Shown here: in pieces, positions 49,700 through 58,494 of the stretch
Layout of the letters: each line of letters opens with the position of its first letter
Numbering within the stretch: position 1 is the first letter of the stretch
Assembly: GCF_011386835.1 (NCBI RefSeq)
Contig: NC_088798.1
Location: forward strand, 54,560,001-54,624,000
Direction: 5' to 3'
DNA: 64,000 bases
From: Chrysemys picta bellii
Lineage: Eukaryota
Program-made: the position numbers and the translations under genes
Notes under the pieces: generated by a model
What the model was told of the DNA's origin: nothing
Database searches by the model: none
What the model saw: only the letters and a program-made list of their open reading frames with translations

Positions 49700-51480
49700 A
49701 TCATGTAACGACATATACATTGTTTGAACCATTTGAACACCATTAAACTGAGATAGACCTACCCCTGGTCTTATCTACATAAGCCACAAGAAGTCTGGAG
49801 AATTTACGGGATAGATTTGTTCCTATATAGATAACTTTAGACTTCCAAAGAGTCTTAAGTGCCGAGCCAGACATCCTTGGGCTTGGGGAAGGGGAGGAGG
49901 GAGAGGAAATGTGAAGACTAGTGGCCTGATTGAGATGGAAGTTTAGACAGTAATTTGGGGTGAAGATGCATGACCTACTTTTAATAAACACAGTAAAAGG
50001 AGGATCCAGCCATCAGACTCGTATCTCACTAATTCTCCAAGCTGATGTTACAGATATGAGGAATGCTGTCTTCAGAGATAGGACACAGTATATAGTCTAA
50101 CCAAGGTTCAAAGAAAGGAACTCAGGAACTTTGTGAAAACAAGATTTTGTTCACAAGATCGGATTCACATATTATAGAGAATACACGGAAAAAATGGAGA
50201 GCCACTTTGATCTACTTTTTGAGCTGTCCAGAAGGAGAGTCTTCCAGTTCATTGAGTAGGTATGTCTTGTTAATGGTTTCCTACTTTTGGACCTCAGCAG
50301 AGCACTTGATCTACTGCTCCCAGCAATCAATCAAGCTGTCAACTTGAGATCCCATTGGACAATCTCATCCCAACCCTGACACAACATATCTAGTAGGCTG
50401 AGAACATGGACTTGTGGATTTAACTATAGTTTCAGAAAGTCAGAATATCAAAATTGTCATGCCCAAGTCAAGGCTAATAGGAGCATCTTGGTTACATCCT
50501 TATCCGATTTCTGATGATCTTCTGGATCAAGGTTGAAGGAAACCCTTGCCTCTAGTCCAGAGGGGAATATCTGTTGATGATGCTGGATTCTGCCTGCCCC
50601 TGAAGCATATCAGGAGATATTTGGCAGTCATTGCTGGCAAAGACATGTAGCTGGATCTTACCCCATTTGCAGAAAATGTAGGACTAGTCATACTGCTGAC
50701 TGTCAACTCTCAAGGGATCTGCCAAAACATTGTCTAAAATTTTTCCAGTAGATGGAGAGCCACTGAAGCACTCTGACAGTGAATGCTGCATTCCAATAGG
50801 ATAACTTTCTGACACAGCTGGCTAAATCAAGCCCCTCTCCTTAGCAGTTATTGTAATTTATCTGTGCGAGGTTCTCCATCAGGATTTGGACTACTTGATA
50901 ACTACCAATCCTCATCTACCACATAGCCTGAGCATAAGACTTATGCCCCAAAAAGGTTGAGGCACTTGGCGTTTATTCTTAGATGTGAATCTAGAAGCTC
51001 CAGTCTGGCAAGATCTCTTATTGGCCATTGAGATCACATCTAATATTAGGCAAGAGTAAAAATATTCAAAGGCCTCCTCAGGGACTCGATACTGACTGTC
51101 TAATTACAAAAGGAACTAAACCTAGAGTTAGCAAAAGGGCCCTCGCAGGTACCATTGTTCATAGGGGTGGCAACACTGCTTGCTCACAGAATATCAGAAC
51201 CTACAGGCTTTCTTCTGGACCAAAATAAATCCTAGGTCTAAGGACTTCATACTATGTCCCAAGAGTTCCCAGAAGGCCTTCATGCCATCAGGAAGGTAGG
51301 CAACCTATATGCTCAGCAGGAGAGACTAGGAGAGATGAGGAAACTCATCTGTGACATAAAACTCATTCCCTTCTATTACTGACCTCCTCAGACTGAGATA
51401 TTAGCTGTGGGGACACCAAGCTGGTTGCAGGACCAGGAACAGGTGGAGAGATGCTGTCTCAAAGAAATAACTCTTGTAGT
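49700..51480 (-). mobile_element. DIRS relic: RT/RNase H to tyrosine recombinase region
   Basis: Minus strand LKTAFLISVTSAWRISE, DPPFTVF, FHLNQ, RLLVAYVDKTRG resemble DIRS YR (KVAFLVAITSARRVSE..PPYTVF..FHLNQ..LFVA). Confidence 0.7.
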
Positions 51481-52532
51481 CTGATCTAGCAGAGATAGGA
51501 AATAAAGTCTGACAAGACATGGATTGCAACCAGATTAATTACTCTGTGCAACAGTGAAGGTGAGATATTAGTGATATGGCACTGAATGATAGACAGGGAG
51601 CAATCAAGAGGAAATTAACACAGCAGATGCAGGGAAGTAATGGAGCTATTGGTGAGTCCATGAAGACAGAGACACAATGTGAATTATAAAAAAAATTAGT
51701 AGTCAAACTTTTCATGATGAGATTACACCAATCATATGAACTCACTACTGTTGACTTGTCAGTACCAGAATTACTCAATGGTATGCAAGAGTTATAATTA
51801 AATCATCTTTCTTTCTATGTTTATGTAGAACAGCTAAGTTCTACCAGAGTAAAGCTACATTTAGCGAAGACGTAGAGTTTGCACCTTTGTGAAATACATG
51901 TGTTAGTTCTAGCCTCAAATTGCTAAGAGTTTAACAATTAAACTAATGCAAGTCGAGTCAACTATGAAAAATATATTTCCTCAAAGAAATCTTGAGGAAT
52001 GACCTAACAGTTCAATTCTTGTCTTTTGTAAAAGAAAAATAAGTTGTTTACAAGAAGTAAAAGTTAGTTCTATTTTATATTAAGATTTCTATTAAAGTAC
52101 TGTTCCACTATGTATGATTTAAAGTGACCTGACATTTCAGCTTCATTCTCTCACCGATCCCATAACAAGTTTGCTCCATTTATTAATATTTGTGGGCTTA
52201 GTTTTAAGTATTTTTTTAAAATTATTATTTAACAACAGCCTTGCAAACTCACCTTGAGTCCTGAAAGATAAGTCAGGCTCTTTCCTTCTCGCATATCACC
52301 AGCAAGTAATAAAGTTTACCCTCCATGACACCTCAAGAACCACACTGAAGGCTGAGGTCGGGTGGGTAGAGTCACAGGCCTAGCTGTTGAGGAAAAAAAA
52401 AAATATACCCTGTTCTCGTAAAGACACATGTACTCAGCTTTACATGGGCCAAGTAATCACAACGAAGTCAACGGGACTACTCACAGCGTGTAAAGTTAAG
52501 CAAATGCTTAAGTCTTTAGAGATCAAGGCCTA

Positions 52533-53700
52533 CAGAATCATAGGACTGGATCTTAAAAGGTCATCTAGTCCAGTCCCCTGCACTCATGGCAGGACTAAGT
52601 ATTATATCTAGACCATCCCTGACAGGTGTTTGTCTAACCTGCTCTTAAAATTACCAATGATGGAGATTCCACAACCTCCTTAGGCAATTTATTCCAGTGC
52701 TTAACTACCCTGATAGTTAGGAAGTTTTTCCTAATGTTCAACCTAAACTGCCTACTGCTTCTTGTCCTATCCTCAGAGGTTAATGAGAATAATTTATCTC
52801 CCTTCTCCTTGTGACAAAATTTAATATACTTGAAAAATGTTATGTCCTCTCGGTCTTCTCTTCTCCAGACTAAACAAGCCCAATTTCTTCTATCTTCCCT
52901 CATAGGTCATGTTTTCTAGACCTTTAATCATTTTTGTTGCTCTCCTCTGGACTTTCTCTAATTTTCCACATCTTTCCTGAAATGTGGAGCCCAGAACTGG
53001 ACACAATACTCCAGGTGAGGCCTAATCAGCATGGAATAGAGCAGAAGAATTATTTCTCATGTCTTGCTTACAACACTCCTGCTCATACATCCCAGGACGA
53101 CGTTTGCTTTTCTTGCGACAGTGTTACACTGTTGATTCAGATTTAGCTTGTGGTCCACTATGATCCCCAGATCCCTTTCTGCAGTACTTCTTCCTAGGCA
53201 GTCATTTCTCATTTTGTATGTGTGCAATTAATTGTTCCTTCCTAAGTGGAGTACTTTGCATTTGTCCTTATTGAATTTCATTTTATTTTCTGCAGACCAT
53301 TTCTCCAGTTTGTCCAGATCATTTTGAATTATAATCCTATCCTCCAAAGCACTTGCAACCCCTCCCAGCTTTGTATCACCCGCAAACTTAAGTGTATTCT
53401 CTATGCCATTATCTAAATCACAGATGAAGATATTGAACAGAACTGGACCCAGAACTGATTCCTGCAGGAACCCACTCGATATTCCTTTACAGCTTGACTG
53501 TGAACCACTGATAACTACTCTCTGGGAATGTTTTTTCCAACCAGTTATGCACCCACCTTATACTAGCTCCATCTAGGTTGTATTTCCCTGGTTTGTTTAT
53601 GAGCAGGTCATGCGAGACGGTATCAAAAGCCTTACTTAAAGTCAAGATACCATATCTATCGCTCCCCCCCAGCCCCATCCACAAGGCTCGTTACCCTGTC
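52533..53700 (-). mobile_element. CR1 LINE, 5'-truncated
   Basis: SKAFDTVSHDLLINK, FRLNIRKNFLTIRVVKHWNKLPKEVVESPSL; 3' tail at left end. Confidence 0.92.
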
Positions 53701-55229
53701 AGTTTGTAAACTGGAAAGGCTTGATATTGGGTCAGTGAGACAGAGCTGGAGCCCCCACTAAATTTTGGCAGGCTGGGTTTGGGATTATTATAATTTTTTT
53801 TTTTAAAAGGACTAACATCAGAGAACAGCAACATTAACATTTTAACATTACAGAGAAGAATGTCTCCATTAAGTAGATTAATGTAAGTTCCTTGTAATGG
53901 CTGTCCAAACTTAAACTACCTGTCCTTCCTCTCCCCCTACCCCCACCCCAGTACCATCATCTTTTTAAAAGGAATACACCAGAGAGTTTTCAGGTAGGAG
54001 GAAGACACAGTGTACTCTGGAAACTGTTCTCTGGGAATTCCACTGCTAGTGGTGTTTTCCTTTCAGGTGTCTCTCCCAGCTCTAGCAAGAGCTAGCAGGA
54101 CACAAGAGATATTCAAACATAAACAAGTCTGCTCCTGTAAGATTAATAACTAGCTTTGTGGTAAGAGTACCTGAGAATTTCCAAGTAAACAGAGAATGAG
54201 AGAGAGCCTAATCAAAATTGTTTTGATTCATAAGACATACCTTAGACACACCATTTTCATCTGAGCGGGGATATCATGCAAACTGGGAGTCTTGGAAAAC
54301 CATTAATATGATTTTTGAAAGAGGTCTCATAGGCCTGAATGTAATTAAGGTTTCGATCTATTACTTTCCTGTCCCTCTCACAAGACTTTATGTAAATCCT
54401 TGATGTTTTAATGTTTCTATCTTATTCCTCCCAGACAACAAACTAAAATGGGACAGAAACAGCATATACAGCAAGACTGAATCCAGTGATAACAGAAACT
54501 GAAACTCACGAGAATCAGCTACATAAAAGGTAATTATCTGTTGATGCAGCTTAACAGGTGACCTGCAAAAGACATTTTAAAAATTGGGGTTTTGCCCTTT
54601 TTCCATCTTTATGACACATGAAGGTGACTGAAAGTGACTGAAGGGGATTCCCCCCCCCCACCCCACTGCTTGGTTCACTTGTAGAAATATCAAGCTTGTC
54701 AAGTTTGATCTTCCCTGGTTCTGCTAGAAACTTCTATAGGTGTCTCAGATATTTATTTTGTCAGATCTTACATTTTGACTGAAATGACACTGATTCTTTA
54801 ACAGAAAAGTTTTCATCCAAAATGCTCTACACTCACTGAAGTTAGATGTGTTAAGAGGGGAGGGGAGGCAGGGAAAGAGGTTTAAACCATTCTGGCTAAA
54901 AATCCCTTCCCTTATTAGTTCATCTTTCAGTCTCCCTTGATTCCTGCAAAGTCATTTCACTATTTTTACAATCATTAGTCTTCCAAGATAGACAATACAT
55001 GAATATCTAACCTAAAAACCAGGCAAAAAAAAAAAAAACTTTTCACAAAAGCCCTCCAAGGCCTTATTTATACAACAAAGAAGCACTCTTCCCCCCCCCT
55101 TTACAAATCGCCATCCTGTTCAGCTATCCTTATGCACAACATCCTTATATCCAATTATTCCTTCATCAGTGGATTCCAATTGTGAGTTCTTATGCTACAG
55201 TAAGAGAAAGAATGGCCTTCTTCCTAAGG

Positions 55230-55370
55230 CATAGAACTAGCAGAATGGGCATTAAGACACCTGAGTTCTAGTCTCAGCTCTAGTACTGTATGACCTTGGG
55301 CAACAGTTATCCCAAATGACCTCTCTGTGCCCCAATTTCTTCCATATGTAAGTTATAAAAATGTAAATAG
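55230..55370 (+). mobile_element. MIR/CORE-type SINE remnant
   Basis: cctgagttctagtctcagctct...tgaccttgggcaa...ctctctgtgcccaatttc resembles the CORE consensus; similar remnants near 37460-37600, 60100-60190 and 63370-63630. Confidence 0.55.
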
Positions 55371-55379
55371 CTCTATAGA

Positions 55380-56280
55380 CGACATGTAGCACTTTACATC
55401 CATGGATAGTGCACACCGTGGTCCCAAAAAGCTTACAATCTATATAGGTCAAAAAAAGACAAAGAAGAGTTCTGGAGACAGAGAATGTGAGGACTACTGA
55501 TGACAAGAAGCTATTTAAAGAAGTGGTTTTAAAGGAGGGGATCAAAGTTTTTGCCGATCAAAGACAAGAATACTTCCAAAAGTATTTTATTTATCGTTTG
55601 TATTGCGTTAGTACCTAGATGCCTTAGTCCCGCTGTACAAAGTACATAGGCACTGTACAAAGATGAATCAAAATGACAAAAAGAGAAAGAGCAGTAAGAC
55701 AAAAGATTTAAGAGGAGCAAAGGGAATAGATGTAGGTAATTATGGAAGGTCTTGCAGATTATGAGGATCTTGAACCTGATGTGATAAGATGCAGAACGCC
55801 AATGGAAAGATTCCAGGAAGTTTGGTTTTTTCCCAGTGGGGGAATGGGTCAGAGCAGAGAGAAAGGAAGATAACTTTAGTACCACCAATTTTGACAGACC
55901 TGGAGGGTAGCAAAAGAGTTCAGAGGCAGGGAGACCAGTCAGGACTAGATTTCAGTTATAAAAGAAAAAAAAAATGACTACTACATTGATAGGGATTTAA
56001 CCATTGGAATCAATAATAAAGATTCATTTGGGAGATATTAACAAGGAAAATGTGTCAGCAGTGGGTGGAGGAGAAAAGAATCAAATGCAGCACAGATTAC
56101 AGGCCTGGGAGACATGAAGGATGGTGATGTTGTCCATGAACAGAAGGCAGATGGAGGAAAGAAAAGTTTTGTTTTGAAAAGAACAAGTCTGAGATCGCAT
56201 GGAGACAACCCAGAGGAATGAGAGGAAGCCAGGAATGCAACACTAGATAGAGAAAAAGGATTTGGGGACTGCCATTATGG
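55380..56280 (-). mobile_element. L2 LINE fragment
   Basis: LESFHWRSASYHIRFKILIICKTFH resembles L2 L.SLHWLP...RI.FK; purine-rich plus strand typical of antisense L2. Confidence 0.65.
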
Positions 56281-56879
56281 GGGAGGTAGCTGAAGTGTTT
56301 TAAGATCCCTGGATAGAAGGCCTTTTAGAACTGTAAAGAATATTAACTGCATCTCATCACCTCTTTCAGAGGCTCTTGCTTCAGTCCCTGACTCTTCAAA
56401 AAGGGATATATGTCTCCTTTTAGTATATTATCTAGGCTTTTTTGCTGACACTGGTCTTCTAAATTACAAGACGACTGGACTTTTAAATGCAAAGAATTAA
56501 GTTTACTTAATGCTCATGTACCAGTACTTTCCACTCCAAAATACTGTATTGTGCATTTCTGTACTTTTGAGATTCCACAATACTTTCATTCTGTGAAAAA
56601 CCCATTGACTATCTCTTCTCCTAACCGCCCAAACTGCTTGGTTCCAAAAACATTTTAACTCTTCAAGCCACCATAAAAAGCTCTGCAGACTACTGGTCCA
56701 ATGATCACAATTTGAGAACCGCTGCTGTATTGCCTTTCACAGCATAGAAATCCCAAGCACTTTACAGACTATATATATATATACACACACAGATTTTGCT
56801 TTACATGTAGCACCCATTTAACACTACACAGTATAACTAGGGCTTGGCCCTGTATTGATTTGAAACTGCAGAAGAACGT

Positions 56880-57010
56880 AGGCAGGAAGAATGTAATAGC
56901 CCAAATTAGAATTTGGCCTCAATACCACCATTAGCATACTTGGGCTTGCATAAAGTCCTATGTGATATTTAACAACCATAATGAAGGACTTTGGATTTCT
57001 CATCTGAATA
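56880..57010 (-). mobile_element. AmnSINE/Deu-SINE-like remnant
   Basis: gaatttggcc..acacc...gcataaagtcc.atg.gat.tttaa..accat..aggac...tt.tctcatctgaa aligns by eye with recalled AmnSINE1 central domain. Confidence 0.4.
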
Positions 57011-57646
57011 ACTTAACTCTCTTTCCCTTTACAGCTAATGTCACTCTGCCATGCAATCTTCCCCACTTCACCAATTTGCTCACACAGCAATAGCCTCTTG
57101 GCCCAACCATCTAGTCTACATCCCCTCAACACATCCCTTTTTCTCCCCATGACTATTTTCTATCACCTTTCCCAGACATATGTCTTTCCTCCTCCCTCCT
57201 GCACCAGCATATCCTTTACTCCCCCACATCTCAGAGTCTTCTACTGAGATTAGCCCTACTTCCTCCATCTATTCCACTCTTCCCTCGTTTTCTGCTCAGC
57301 CTCCTTTCCTTTGCACTTACCTCCTCCCAATAAACTCCCCTTTACCCGATGTACTCCCCAACTATGCCACTCCTTCCCCCTCAATATCCTTCCCCCAGAT
57401 CACTGCTTTGCTTTGCTTGGCCATACCCCCCCCCCCTTCCTGCTAGGCATCCCTTGCTCATGGTCTCACCCCCCAACACCTTTCCCCCATTCCCTCTGCT
57501 CGCCCTGTCAGACGCACACAGCCAGCCCCGGCTCTGCCCTTCCCCTTCAACTCGCCTTTCGCCCTCGGTCCGTCCCCCCGTTACACCCCCGCCCGGGCCG
57601 AGCTACCGGGTCTGACCCTCACCTCACCCCTTCCCCTCCCCCTCAC

Positions 57647-57675
57647 CGGAGATACTGCGCACACAGCAGGCTCAT
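57647..57675 (-). CDS. SMG7: SMG7 coding exon 1 (MSLLCAQYLR, 29 nt)
   Basis: ATG at 57675-57673 in context AGGATGA; translation resembles recalled SMG7 N-terminus MSLQSAQYLR; donor CG|GTGAGG; phase 2 joins exon 2; lies in CpG island. Confidence 0.95.
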
Positions 57676-57719
57676 CCTCCGCCGCTCGCTGCCCGTCCCC
57701 GCCGCCCCCTCTCCGGGTC

Positions 57720-57779
57720 TCACAGCCGGGACCGCTCCGCCGCCCAGGAGCCGCCGCCGCCGCCTCCGGCCGCCGCCAT
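57720..57779 (-). other. Upstream ORF (19 aa, MAAAGGGGGGSWAAERSRL*) in putative SMG7 5' UTR
   Basis: AAG ATG G strong Kozak context; TGA ends at 57720, 44 nt before the main ATG. Inclusion in the mRNA depends on an unmapped TSS. Confidence 0.6.
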
Positions 57780-57782
57780 CTT
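57772..57782 (-). promoter_or_regulatory. YY1-type motif AAGATGGCGGC
   Basis: Exact match to the YY1 consensus (GCCGCCATCTT on +), typically just downstream of a TSS. Confidence 0.65.
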
Positions 57783-57868
57783 CCTGTGCTGGGCCCAGGC
57801 TCCTCCTGCCCGCCGGGTGTCCCCGCGCTGAGTCTCCGGCCCGGGAGTGGGCGTAGAGTAGGGGCTGT

Positions 57869-57878
57869 TCTCGCGAGA
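57869..57878. promoter_or_regulatory. TCTCGCGAGA palindrome (CGCG element / BANP motif)
   Basis: Perfect 10-bp palindrome in the CpG island about 200 bp upstream of the ATG. Confidence 0.75.
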
Positions 57879-58022
57879 CCCGCTCCGGCCCCGCGCAGCT
57901 CTCGGCTACCTGCCTCAGGCGACCAGGCTCGTGAAGGAGCCGCCGCCGCCGCCGCCTCCGCGCGCCGGGGCAGGCAGCAGCAGCCTCCGGGCTTCACAGT
58001 CAATGCTGTCCGCCTCCCCCAC

Positions 58023-58030
58023 ACTTCCGG
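58023..58030 (-). promoter_or_regulatory. ETS/GABPA motif CCGGAAGT (further ETS cores at 58061-58068 and near 58187)
   Basis: ACTTCCGG on +; ACTTCCTG and CTTCCGG nearby. Confidence 0.55.
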
Positions 58031-58125
58031 CCCCAGGCCCGGCCCCGCCTCCCCAGCCACACTTCCTGCCGGCGCTACAGCCAAAACCTTCCCTGCGCGC
58101 TCGCCGCCAACCCGTTGGCTGGGCC

Positions 58126-58139
58126 GCTGCTATAGCAAC
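58126..58139. promoter_or_regulatory. RFX X-box GCTGCTATAGCAAC
   Basis: Fits GYTNCYATRGNAAC; second weaker site at 58157-58170. Confidence 0.5.
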
Positions 58140-58216
58140 GGGAAGGTTGCTGTACTATCACCATAACAACCGCCGAGCGTGCCGCTCTTCCGGATTGGAA
58201 TGGAGCCAACGAAACT

Positions 58217-58227
58217 GGCCCCGCCCC
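58217..58227. promoter_or_regulatory. GC box (SP/KLF) GGCCCCGCCCC
   Basis: Consensus match; ATTGG (CCAAT box) about 20 bp to the left. Confidence 0.5.
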
Positions 58228-58390
58228 ATGCTCTTCCTGACAACACCCGCTCCCACTTGGCTGCCTGCCCTACACCGCGACCACTCCCCCTCTCCTCTCC
58301 AATGCCCCCCACACCGCCAGCTTCTCCGTGTGAATACACTGTGCTCTGCCAGATTCACCAGCTGGGGGCCGGGCTGGCTGGGCCCTCATG

Positions 58391-58494
58391 TAGGGTGACC
58401 AGATGTCCTGATATTTGGGGCTTTTTCTTATATAGGTGTCTATTACCCCCCACCTCCTGTCCCGATTTTTCACACTTGCTATCTGGTCACTCTA
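58391..58494. mobile_element. 104-bp hAT-type MITE at the promoter edge
   Basis: Perfect 8-bp TSD CCCTCATG; TIR TAGGGTGACCAGAT / ATCTGGTCACTCTA. Confidence 0.92.

Larger units (their letters stand above)
57480..58330. promoter_or_regulatory. CpG island / SMG7 promoter and 5' UTR
   Basis: Abrupt rise in GC and CpG density versus CpG-depleted flanks; surrounds exon 1; boundaries approximate. Confidence 0.9.
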
